Shown here: piece after piece, positions 48,850 through 61,000 of the stretch
How positions within the stretch are numbered: the first letter of the stretch is position 1
Layout: every line of letters starts with the position of its first letter
NCBI GenBank assembly: GCA_905178155.1
Contig: CAJINV010000004.1
Span: 11,267,655 to 11,331,654, forward strand
DNA: 64,000 nt
Direction: 5' to 3'
Origin: Amoebophrya sp. A120
Taxonomy: Eukaryota; Protista; Dinoflagellata
Translations under genes and position numbers: made by a program
Notes under the pieces: generated by a model
The model's input: only the letters and a program-made list of their open reading frames with translations
Told to the model about the DNA's origin: nothing
Databases searched by the model: none

Positions 48850-51800
48850 CTAGACCAGAAGCGGCTCGCGATCCGTCTCGAAGCGTGGGGGGGCAAGGGG
48901 AAAGTTTTTTGTGCTCGTCCTGTCAAGCTCGTCTTCCTGATCTATTTCGGTCACGGAGTGTGGTCCTGAGAACGGGTCCGTACTGTGATGTCGCTTGAAA
49001 GAGGCAGAGGCAGAGTCGCCTCTTTTGTCATAACATCCCTGTTCGTGTTTCGATCCTCTGTGCTCTACACGCATATTACAACTTGCAGCTGTGGCTTGCT
49101 CCCTCCCGTCGTATTCGATATTTTCCTCGAGTCGTGTGGTAGAATCAACGTGTCCGGAGGTCGTCTCACTAGCCTGATTCGGTTCTTTGTTCTTCCGTCC
49201 CCCGCAACAGCTTCCTCTGCTTCCCGGTGGGTTGTGTGTGCAAATGAGTAGCCAGTAGATTCCGGAGAAGAGCACGGCGAGCGCGACCACCACGGCGACC
49301 GCAACGGCGGGCGCCTGTCGCCAGTCGAGCAGGTGCGGGTAGATCGCGTAACCCTGCACGAAGGTCCAGATCATGTTCACAAATGCGTACAGTACCAGCA
49401 TCGTAATCAGCAGAAAACACCGCCCCCACCGGAAACGCTGCTGCACCTGCGTTTGTATCAGGGATCTAGAGATTCATTCTTGAAGGGTCAGAAAAACAGA
49501 TGAACGACAATCGAGAAGATCATAGACATGATATTAGATACTGAAGAGCAAAAGAAAAAAGCTAAAGTGGAACAAGTAGCGGTAACACAACTATAGTCTT
49601 GTTCATTATTTTACCAGCAGCAGCTCGGTGAGGCTTGCGAAAACGATGAACCCATGCTCGAGTACTGTCAAGGTGAACGCGGTCCGCCGCTTTGCTTTGC
49701 TACTGTCGAACAACTTCTTGGCAAGGGGGTATTTCTGCTGCGCCTGGTCCTTGTCCGAATTATTGATTGCAAAAATGTCTGGGTCTGGAAGATTCTGAGA
49801 CTTGTCATGCATGTTTTGCATGACCCACGATGTCTGTAATGCACGACCTAGCGTCACAGATTTTTCGAGGGCTTCCTGATGCCTGTTCCGCATGAGAAAT
49901 ACCGTCTCCATGTAGCACAAAGTGAACTCCTCTTGCTGGTCATGCAATACAGATTTTTTTAGAATGCAGAGGCAGCATCACAAGTTGCATTCTTCCAGAC
50001 CCAGACGTTTTTACATTTGATACGAATTATTGTCGTACAACTTTATGTACTCCAGCACGATTTTCCTGGCCACGTTGAACCTCTGTCGGATGTCCTGCCG
50101 CGTGAGATCCTCGATGGGCTCCTCGCCCGGCAGAAGTGGCGGATTTGTGTTGCTGTAGTTTTCATCTACTACCAGCTGCAAATGCGCATGCACGGTGGCG
50201 ATTCGCTTCAGCAAGGCGCCCAGCATCTTCTCGCGCCGCTGCCGCAACGCCGCGGCGTTGAAGCTGCGCTGCTGGCGGGTGTTGGTACTACCGCCCTGTC
50301 CACCTCCTCTCGACGCAGACGAACCACCAGGTGGTCCTCTTTGCCCTCTGTGCTGCGAAGATCTTCGAGGACCTTGTTGTGATAATGGGGACGCCTCCGA
50401 GGCCGACGGTGGTGCTACATCAGAAAAGTCCAGCACAACGTTGCTTGTTGCCCACGGAGATGGACCTGCAGGAGATCGTGAAAATAAAGGAGGCTCGGGT
50501 CCTGGTTGTTCAATAACATCACCACTCGATTGACCGTCATCAAAATTTTGCTTCCGCATGAACTCCGCTAGCGTGTCTCTTACGCGTTCCCTCATGAAGT
50601 TCGCGTCCAGCGGATTGTACTCCGTATACGCCCGGCTCTCGTACTCAACCGCCGTCGGATAGAACGCCGTGGGTTGGAGGAGCAGCAAGTCCGACACTGC
50701 GGCGGCCTTCGCCTTCCCGTGGTACTGCTGCACCAGGTTCCGCATTTCGGTCAGCAGCTCGATCTCCTGCAGGTTTTCCACCGTGATCCGCTGGGCGGCA
50801 AACGACCCCTCCTGGCTCACCTTGTTGCGCACATAAAAGTTGCTGCTGATGTAGTCGAATTCCGAGGCGCGGTGTAACGCGGCCCAGTACACGACGCAAA
50901 TCAAGAGCGACACGATGATGATCCACTCCTGCAGCACCCGGATCACCTTGGTCAGCGACGAATTTTCGTGCGACTGGATGCGGAGTTGCATGAAAAAGTC
51001 CTGCCGTCTCGCCGGGATCTGCAACTCCACCTCGTCCTGTTCCACCATCTCGTGCGCCGCCTGGCAGGCCTGCTCCGCAAGCTGGTGGCTGGCGCGGGGC
51101 CTACAACTTGACAGTGTATTTCTAACGGAGGAGTTTTTCTTGTCGTGTTGCAGATCATCTTCGTGGTGGGTGGCGCCAAGAATGAGGTCTTTTTCTTCAT
51201 CGTCGCGAAAAGTTTTTACTGTAGTTGGCTCAACGCTACCGCTGCGTAGTCGTTGTTGTGGTCGTGGAGTTTCTTTACTTCGTCTGCGCTCCTGAATAAT
51301 ATTGCTGTTCATCGGCATGTCGTGATTTCCGGTTTCCGGAAGAAAAAGTGCACTTTTCTGGCTGCTTTGAAGATCTACTACGTCGTAGGGAGCTGTTCCT
51401 TTCGCGGCACCTCGTTCTGCGTCGTAGCTGATTTCGTTTTCACCATCCGAATTTATCTCGTGCAGCAATGTTGCCGCACCCGCCTGCTGCTCCTGTCGAA
51501 CGCAAAACCTATGTTTTTCAATTCATTATGTGGTGGCTTACGCAAAAGAAATTCAAATTACTAGAGAAGAGTAATCTTCTGCACGTTTGCAAATTCATTC
51601 GAAAGTTCTTCAATGGCTTTATTAACATTAAGTTTCTGTTCGCAGAAGATTTCTTTTGTATAAACAAACATGCTTTCCACACATATCAGTACGCGAGCGT
51701 GCTGGCGCTGCAGGCTTTGCGGTAGAGTCTCTGTTGACGCCAAAAGAGGAGGAGGTAGTAGACGAAGCTGACCAGCACGTTGACCCGGGTCAAGTACGCG

Positions 51801-52606
51801 GCGTAGGCCTTGGGCAGAAAGTTCTCGCTGGTGATGCCCACGATGAAAATCCCGCAGGCGTAGGACAGCGTGCCTACCAGTCGGCAGAAGGCCAAGATCA
51901 GCGGGTAATTGCGGACAAAGTGCCTCGGCTCGTCGAACCACAGATTGTCCGGATCGTGCTCCGCTATCTGCATGTCGCCAAAGCAAAACCGGTCGAGCCA
52001 AGAAGTAGATCCTCCTTGTTCTCGCGAAGATCCTCGTGCTCCTCGTTTTTGCTCTGCTCCTGCTGGGTCAACATTCTTCCTAGTTTCTTCCTTGTTTCCA
52101 CTACAACTTCTAGTTGCAGTGTTCCTCCCCTCGTCCTCGTCGTCCCTTTGGGTTCTTTCTGAGAAAAACCCTCCTGTGCTGCTTTTTAACAGGTGTGTCT
52201 GCTCAAGAAGTGTCGTTTCCTCCTCCTCTTTATTCCCATTTTGTTTTTCTGGTTCATTTTCTAGGACGACCGGCGGAAGAACAAGCAGAGGAGCAGAAGC
52301 TTGTGAGGACGGCTCCTGGACAGTGTCCACATCATCCCGCCTTCCCCTTCCGGAGGAAACCAGCTTGGTGGAGGTGGATGATGTTGCCCTAGATGTAGTT
52401 GAGGGCGCCAGGAGGACAACACTTTGGCTCTTCTGCGCCGCCTCGTCGCGACGAAAAGTAGACGCGCTTTCCTGAATGTGTCGGCTGCTGTAGCTTTTGT
52501 GCTGGCGTTCTACTTCGGGGTCACCTCGTCCCGCCCGCGTGCTACTGCTAGAAGTTCTGGTGTACATCCCTACTTTTATGATGTCTCCCCGATTTTTCTT
52601 CTTCAC
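48850..52606 (-). CDS. FAR-17a/AIG1/rolling-stone-like multi-pass membrane protein, paralog 1 (start uncertain)
   Basis: AYLTRVN, LQEWIIIVSLLICVVYWAAL, VLEHG, YAIYPHLLDW motifs, with long hydrophilic loops. Confidence 0.75.
49761..50022. mobile_element. Introner family A copy A7
   Basis: Family A TIR, TSD cgaat, in-frame DNNS-DKDQ. Confidence 0.95.
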
Positions 52607-54443
52607 CTCCGGACCTTTTACTCAGCACTGCCACCGCTGCGGGGCACCAGCAGCCGGTCTTCAATTGGATCAAAAATGACGTAGGCCACGCCGCTGTGCC
52701 GGGATCGGAGCCGCAGACGGTTCTTGCTGTTGGTGCAATTTATTCTCCGTTGACACTCGACTTGCTATTCGTAGTTTTCTATTTACAACTTCTGTGCGGT
52801 GGCAGGAATCGGTAACTTCTCCGCTTCTCGCTTAATCTTCAGGCCGTGACCGCGGTGAGCGAGGAAATAAAGGAAATTCAATTTTTTTTATGAACCCTAT
52901 TAAGCGGTCTGTTCCACCTCTATGCAATGTATAAATGCAGCTGCCATGGTCGTAGTACCGCAACCGCAGTAAACACAACTATAGCAGAATCGAGTTACCA
53001 CAACAAAACCGAAAATCCTGATTGCTTTCTCCAAAAACGGTGCAGCAAACTCCACGAATTATACGCTACTAGAATTCATTACTCTTAGAAAGGGACACTT
53101 ACTGCTAACTCGACACTTCGAAGCCTGAAAAATTCCTTAGTCCTCACAATCGCAATAAATTTCTTCGCATGTAATTCCGATCTACATGTAAACGTGTTGG
53201 CTATAGATAGTGAAGCACGATGTTTAATCACGAGCAGTAGTACTAGAGACGAAGATTTTCCATCGTCGTTGCTAGATGTGTAATCATGGTGCACCACCAG
53301 GACGATTCTGGAAATGATCTGAGACGAGAATCAATATGTATTTTGCGGCTCTGCAGATAAAGATCCTAGAACCAGCAGCACAAAGACCGCCCTAGCTGCG
53401 CCACTGGACCCTTTCGCAATCGGGATCAAAAGGATCACGTCGTGGGGTTGATCTTTTTTCCTTCTTACAGTGCTCGAGCAGAAGATCGCAGGGTCGAGGC
53501 CCGTCAAGGGGTGATCGTGATGACTCGATCTAAACTTGATCAATTCTTTCTCTATCCGCTCTCCGCGTTGCATCTCGAAGAAGATAGATTTTGATCATCG
53601 CCGAACCAATGCAGAAACACAAGCGCAGATTGTTCGAGGTATAGTTGAATCGTCAGACCGCCGGCGCACTTACGTCCCTAAGCCTACGTATCTTCTATCG
53701 TAGAGCACAATTTTAATTGCGCAGTCTGCATCGAAAGCATTGTACGTATAGTTTGTTGCAGCTGCAACCTGTGTCCGCGCAGAAAGCCAATCGATACTTG
53801 GTAGATCAGAAGTTGTTTTTCATGTTGCAAATTGCAAAATCGCTCGAGTAAGTGGGTTTGCTTGAAGATGGTGTTGCAATAGTAATCTATAAAACCTTTG
53901 GTGTAGTTCTGAATCCCAAGCATGCGTATTTTCAAACGTCTGGTGCTCCTGCTTGTCCGCCAGTCGTTTTTACTCTTGCCGTTTCTGGTGCTTGGTGAGG
54001 AGAGCTCTACACGCAGAAAACGGTTGACCACTCGAGGTCGAGGCTTTTGCTTTTCACATGATAAGACAGGACAACATATAGTGTACATATAAGCGATCGC
54101 TACTTCTATGGCAGTATATGGCTTTTAATTTTGTCCAAGTTTTTCTTGTAGAAGAGGAGCCGTTCCTCTTGCATGCAATACCAATTGCAACATCAGTATG
54201 TACAACTTATACTATAGAGACGTACTAAAAGCTGCAAAGAAGATTAAGTTGAAGTTGGAGTAGAGGTGCTACTACAAAGACAAAGTTCCATTTCCTACCT
54301 TAATTAGTATGGGGCTCGTGCAACGTCACTCGAGCTCAACCCCCTAGAGGCCAGGGGCATGTTGGCACAGCGCGGTAGTTCCTTTTATTGGCTCCAGGTC
54401 CAGCTCTGCTCAAGAATTGAATACTGTTCTTGTTCTTCCGCAA

Positions 54444-56955
54444 TCAATATGTTTCTTCCTTTTCGCTCTCGTCCAGTAAACCCTGATCTTCCTCGTCGCC
54501 CGCACCGGCTGGCACGCCCGACGAACCGGTCAGCCTCGGGTAGTACGGGCTGGCACTGAGGCAGCGCGAGCGGTGCGCGCACAGCAGTGCGTAGTAGACG
54601 AGGGTGAGGAATTATCCAAGAAAAAAACAACTTTGTCTTGCAGATGTTGCAATACAGTTACACTTCCACTTGTCATGCCGGATATGCGTCAGAGGCTATT
54701 TTAATACATATACGTGTTTTCGCTTACTAGCTACGCATGACAGGTTTTCCGTCATACAAAACAAATCTGTGATGCTGTTCGTCCTGCAAAAAAGTTACAC
54801 TAACAACGTTTTTTTCTTGGATAGGAATAGTAGCACTGCGCCGACGTACGCGAGTGCCTTGCCGACGTTGGTCCCCCAATCGAGCATGGCGTACAAGGGC
54901 GTGCGCAGCGCGAGCGTGTAGGCAATGTTGGTCGCGAGCCACGTGAGCGCGAGAAACAGCAGCAGCACCAGCCGCCCCGTCAGGAACCGGTGTTGGAAGA
55001 GGCACAACTCCGTGGTGGCCGCGAAAAGAATCAGCGCGTGCTCGAACAGGCAAATCCAAAACTCCAGGCTCTTCATGCTCTTGCCCAGCCTGTACAGCTT
55101 GTAGGCCGTCGGGTACCTCTCCTGCTTCGTGCTGCCGACCGCGCGAAACGAGGAGCCGGTGGGTGTCGGGGACAGCTGGCGGTCCGCGTCCTCGTTGTTG
55201 GCGTACTCCTGGGCCACTTTGGCCGCCTCTGTCCGCTCGCGGTCCACGATCTCCCGGCGCTGGGCCTGGGTTAGGTCGTTCTCCGGATCGAGCATCGGGT
55301 TGTGCTCGTCGAGCAGCAGCGGCGCCCGGGCCTCGACGGCGGAAAAGCTGGCGACGGTCGTAAAGTCTGCCGGCAGTCGCGCCGCGGAGGTGGAAGAACT
55401 TCTATCGGGGAGAAAATTCGGCTGGATATCACAGGAAAAAACTGTTTCACTGTAAACTTGGGATGCATAAAATGGAACACAGAAGTATTTGTCTTGCTAC
55501 ACATGCAAGGAACTGGATTTTTAGGTGTGTTTTCTCTTAGGAAGCTTGCATGGCAAATTTTCTCTGTCATGTAGAACGAACTTGTGATGCAAAACCTGCA
55601 AAATCCTTACAGTGAAACACTTTTTTCGTACGATACTGGACGGGCTGCGAGTAGTTGCTCTTTTGGAAATCATATCAAATGTAAAAATGTCTGGGTCTGG
55701 AAGAATGCAACTTGTCATGCTAAATCTGAAGTATTTAAAAATCTGTGTTGCATGATTACCAAAAGTCGTCCAGTTTTGACCAAGTCGGGAGGGAGTTTCT
55801 CATGCAGGATAGGCATGAGAGAGATCGCGCAGAATCTGTCATGCTAGGTCCTGCATTCCAGACCTCATGGGTCATGGAAAATCTGCATGACAAATCTTGC
55901 ATTCTTCCAGACCCAGACATTTTTACACTTGATAAATCAATCGGGGGCACGCGCGCGCCGAAATTCGCCTCGGCCTGGTAGAACGCTGCGGTGTTTATCC
56001 ATCGTTCCTGCGCCTCCAGCAGGCGCAGGTCCTGCCAGGTCACCCGCGTGGCCATCATTGCGTCCAACGGCGACCGTGACGGGTCGGTTTGCTGTTCCCG
56101 GACCTGGTCGGCGTTCGTGCCGACCGGCGCAAAGTTGGCCGGGCTGTAGATCAAGAGCCAATAGAACCCAAAAATCATTAAGGACATGACGACTATCCAC
56201 TCCTGCAGCAGGCGCATCACCCGCGTCAAATTCGAGCTGCCCTGCTGATGGATGCGCACGTGGTTAAAGCTCCGCGGAAGCAGCACGTTGCTGGTCGCGT
56301 CGGCCGCAGTCGCTGTTGCATGGTCCCCCTCATCCTGAAAAGCCGGCGCCACCTGAGAGGATCTTCTTGCCATTGTTCCGCCCGACTGGAGCAGTTCGGA
56401 TGCCGTGCGCTGCCGCACGCCCTCCTCACTCAGCAGCAGTTCCTCTGCGTCCTGCAGCGACTTGATGGAGCTAGTCAGCGGGATTGCCTGGCTCGCCCGC
56501 AAAAAGTTCATCCCGGATGAATGTTGACGACCTTGTTGACCAGGCGCGTTACTAGCGCTTCCCGTCAACACGCTAGCCCGGTAAGCGGTCTCCTGAATTT
56601 GGTCCTCATGGTCCCGCAGTAGGCTGATTGCGCACGCCTGCTGGTACAGCCGGCGGTCTCGGTAAAAGAGCAGGATGTAGAAGAGAAAGCCGATAATGAC
56701 ATTCACTCGTGTCAAATAAGGCAAGTAGGCTCGGTACAGCTCCTCGGTGCTGAAGAAAGGCAGCACGATAGCCAGCGTGTAGCCGATGGTACTCACCACG
56801 CGGCAGAAGGCGAGCAAGAAGGGCCAGCTGCGGAGGCAGACGCGGGGCTCGTTGAACCACAGGTCTTCGACATCGTTATTCACCACCTCTAAATCGCTGT
56901 AGCACCAATCCAAAAACCGACAGCAGCAGGACCTCCTTCGCGTGTTCGCAGCCAT
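54444..56955 (-). CDS. FAR-17a/AIG1/rolling-stone-like multi-pass membrane protein, paralog 2
   Basis: PYLTRVN, LQEWIVVMSLMIFGFYWLLI, LFEHA, PLYAMLDW. Clearly homologous to 48850-52606. Confidence 0.78.
54613..54823. mobile_element. Introner family B copy B2
   Basis: TATCCAAGAAAAAAAC TIR, TSD ggaat, in-frame VLLF-LTLV. Confidence 0.92.
55427..55635. mobile_element. Introner family E (TIR TATC...GAAAAAA.TGTTTCACTGTAA)
   Basis: About 29-bp TIR, TSD ctgga, in-frame PVQ-PNFL. Confidence 0.9.
55673..55934. mobile_element. Introner family A copy A8
   Basis: Family A TIR, TSD aatca, in-frame PID-FQKS. Confidence 0.95.
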
Positions 56956-58079
56956 TTTTTCTCGTTTTTCATCAAGATCTTTTAGTTTTTCTCAGTGTCA
57001 GTTATTAATGATACTTAAATAAAAAAAAAACCGCGAGGTCGTCAGGGTGATAAAATGTAACTTTCAGTCGCTTTTGTAAATCTGAATATACAGGAACATG
57101 TTGTTACTATAAGTACAGTCACCTGATAAGTGGTTTACACAATAGCACTACTTATCGACCCTTTCCCTTTCGAAAACTTTGCTCGATGTTCAAGACTTCT
57201 AGTTTGTCTTGTCGGTCGTACGTGGGTCTTCTCTTTGTCATCAATTACTTTACGCATCAGCTTAAATTTCGAGATTCAAAACTGCTTCTGCACTTTTCCG
57301 CACACCGAAGTAAAAATCCCTCCCAGAACCTACCACGAAGCCGGTTCGTCTGGCTCTGATCCACTACCGAGTCCAAAAAGTTTTACCGAGCGTACGATGA
57401 ACGAGTGCTTTTGGTATCGTATGGGAAAAGTGATCGCAAAATGATTCCAGTTCAATCAATAGAATGCACACAACCCAACGGTTACCGATACGAGTACAAA
57501 TTTTCTTTGCCTATAGCAAGGTCGTGAACTAGTTCCGATATAGTAGGCACTGTTTCTAGCGATATCTTTTGTTCGTCTACAAGTTCTTCTATCATCTACT
57601 GACCGATCTTGTACTTGTCAAATCATGAGCATAACAATGCACCGATGCATCTTTCTTGATTCGTTATCTCGGGATCGTGCTCTTCGTCGCACTACGGCGC
57701 ATGATGATCTTCACTTTGATTGTGTATTTGTGGAGGAGAAAGTTCGAGGTCGCGGCGATTCGGTTGCCTTCTATTTGTTGATGCTACGGTCACGAACATG
57801 AACAAAAATTCGCCGCTGCGTGAGGCGGCCCCCAAAGGTCGGAAGTCTGACAACGACCTTGTCGTCGACCGGAATGGGCGTGCTAGTATTTCTTTCGAGA
57901 AGTCATGCAGAAGCAACTACAAGAAGAGGCTTATTCAGCAACATTTTGAAACGTTGGGCACTGAAGATTTGTTTCGATCTAATATCACGATCACCTCTCA
58001 TCATACAAAAGAGAAAAAATACGACCAAACCCGCATTTTTTTTGAAAAAGTTCCCTCTCGCCTCGGGTTGCTCCGACGA

Positions 58080-61000
58080 TTAGAAAAACGGCATCTCCAG
58101 GAAGTGCTCCGTGACGGGCAGGAAATAATAATCAGTCATAGGACCACCACTCCCTGCAGCACCGTGTTGGTATCTCGCACCACCACCCAACATATCATGC
58201 TTCATGCCATCCTCGGGCCACCTCACCGTGCGAAAGAGAAAGCCGCCCAGCATTCCGGTCGCCTGACCGTCGTTGTCTATCCCAAAGTGCTCCCCGGGGA
58301 GCACCCAAGCGCAGGAAAAATTATCCCGCTGGTGGAGGTCCTCGTGGGGGTCTCCGTCAGCGGTGCTGTGAAAAATCTCCGACAGGGGAACGACTTTCCG
58401 AGGTGAGGATCCTTCGGGACGACGAGGAGAGCAAGCGGAAGCATTCGCAGTAGACACACCGGCATTTTGTGCTGGTGTGGTGGTCCTATTGGGAAGAGTA
58501 GAGACATTGCCTCTATTCGGTTGCTGTTGCACATGAAAGCGTCCAGACTTGAGAACCCCGCCAGACGATCCGTCGCTGCTCGTGCTGACACGACTAGTAG
58601 AAGAATGTGGCGGGAAATCCTGCTCGTCGCCATCTCGCTCACATCCCTGCTCTCGTCCTACGGCGAGATTCTGCTGCAGCACTGCAGGACCACGACCAGC
58701 AGTGGCGGCCGATGTAGAAGTATCAAAAACCCCTGTAGTAGTTGTACTATTTCCATCCCCGGGCGAGCACAGAAATCTGCCATGACTCGCGATGGCGTCG
58801 ACGAGCAAGCGGTGCGCGCGGACCGAGTGCGGCCGCAGCACTTCCCAATTGCCGAACTTGATGGTCGGCAAGTGAAACGTTGACGCCGCAGTGTTCATGG
58901 CATAATTCCCTGCTGTCGTAGAGGATTCGCCAACAACCGCACCTCTACTGTGGTCGCCCCCTGCTCCACCTCCCGTTGATATGCCCCTGCTTCTACTTAC
59001 TCGCGACGCAGTCGTCTGCTCGCCGGTCTCTTCTGCTATCGCGTCCCCGCCATGGACGTTCTGCCTGGAGGTTCCGTCATGCGTTCCGCCTTTCCTCTTT
59101 GGCGGGCGGTAGGGCAAAGCACAGTTGACGCCTTTGTTGATCAGGATCGAGGACTCGCGGGTTGCCGTATCCGTTCTGTCGCCATCATTCTCGTCGTCAT
59201 GCTGGTACAACAACTGCCCATCAACATGGTCACCTGCAACAACGTTATTGTATGCGTCCGTCGTCCGCGTGCTCCAGTTTCGCCGGGTCATCGTAGAAAC
59301 CTCGTCCGGGCCATCGTAGAAAGCGCCGCCTCCAGCAGGTGAGGCAGGTCCCCCGCCGGGCTCGCTCGCCAGCAACAAGCTGACACCACCACGGCTGGTG
59401 GCGCGGGACAACGGCTCGGAGGCCACGGCCTCGTACGCGTAGATATCAAATGCAAAAGTGTCTGGGTCTGGAAGAATGCAAGTTTGTCATGCTTATCTGG
59501 CATGACTCGAGAATCTGTGTTGCATAGGCACGAAAGAGCCCTCTTAACTGTCATGCGAAAAGGCAGTTTGCCATGCGCAATACGTAAGACATGGCAGCCA
59601 CAAAAGTTGTCATGCATACCTGCGTATTGCGGCGCGTCTATCATTCACTTCTAGCATTACAAGTTTGTAGGCCTAGACATTTTTGCATTTCATAGTAGAA
59701 CTCCGGAAACCACTTGCGTTTCGAGAAAGCGGTAGCGTTTTTTCGTGTCTCGACCCGTGCTATGGCCTGCTCAAACGTTACAATCTAAAACGTTACAATA
59801 GAATCTGGAACTTGTATTGCATGAAGAGCATGAGGAACGCAGAGAGAATTAAGCTTTTCGCAATACAAATTTTGCCGGATTGCAGGTGGGTTTGGGGCTC
59901 CGGAACTTGTCATGCGCAATCGTATGAGGGTTGCCTAGATCATGCACTCTTGCGTCACAGATTCCCATATTCTATTGTAACGTTTGAGATTGTAACGTCT
60001 GAGCGGGTCATACGTGCGGCGGCATGTATTGTCTTCAGCGTCTTATCCGGGGTGTAATTTTTCAATACGTTTTTATTTCCGTAGTTATTTGATGTTGCAC
60101 CCGTTTTCTTCCTCGTATTTGCATCAACAGCTGGACTGTCTTTGTCTTGATCTTGGCTTGTAGTTGCTTCTCCTGTTGCTGTAGTCTGTGCTTCCGTTTC
60201 ATAAGTGGTCGCGTCATGATCTACTTCTGCTTCACTGTGGTCATCGGAGGTGTCGCTTTCGCCCTGTTCTTCGTGCTCGAGGTTCAGCAGTAAGTCTTCC
60301 CGGGTCGTCGACGTCGTGTCGGTTTTGAACAGGAAATCCGAAGATGCTGAGCGGGACGACAGCCCCGCAAGACCGGCTCCGTCGTAGCGCAAGAACCCAA
60401 AAATTTCTGCGCTCGGTGCCGTGCGGAACCACGATTTAGTGTTGCTGTTGGCCGCATTCGAGAAGGCGTTGTACACTGGTTGTTGCACGGTCGTGAGAGA
60501 AGTCGTGGTCTTCTTCATCTCGGGCTCCTGCGTTGCATTCCCTGCTGATGTCTCGACGTCTTCTGGGCACTCCTGCGCAAGGGAGGACGCGGCTTTTGTT
60601 GGGAATAGCAGGGAAGATGAAAAAGTACCAATTGCATCTTCGGAGCGCCCCGACGTTGCTTCGCTGTCCAGACTGCCTGTCGCGCACCCATCGTCCAGTG
60701 CAGGCGGCATGGCGATCACGGTGCGCTTCAGATTCAGCCGTGGTGGGGATGCTGTTGCTGGTGCAGACCCAGAAGTAGAACTAGAAGTTGTCTCGGAAAA
60801 CAAAAGCATTTCCCGTTGCTCCTGTTCCTGCTGCCGCTGCTGTTGCAGCGTAGTCGTGGGACGATCTTTGTTCTCGTCTTGTTGGGCAGGAAGAAAAGCT
60901 CCGGTGCTGCGGGTCGCAGCGGGTCGTCCTTCTAGCGGCTGATCGCTGGATAAATTATAAGGACCGAAGTTCTTACTAGTAGTGCCATACGGAGGTGGCT

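Noticed and set aside
51509-51692. Intron of rolling-stone-like paralog 1 as an aged introner
   Set aside because: It has TATGT...ACATA near its ends, but no TSD and only 5 bp of inverted match. It is explained as a canonical GT-AG intron.
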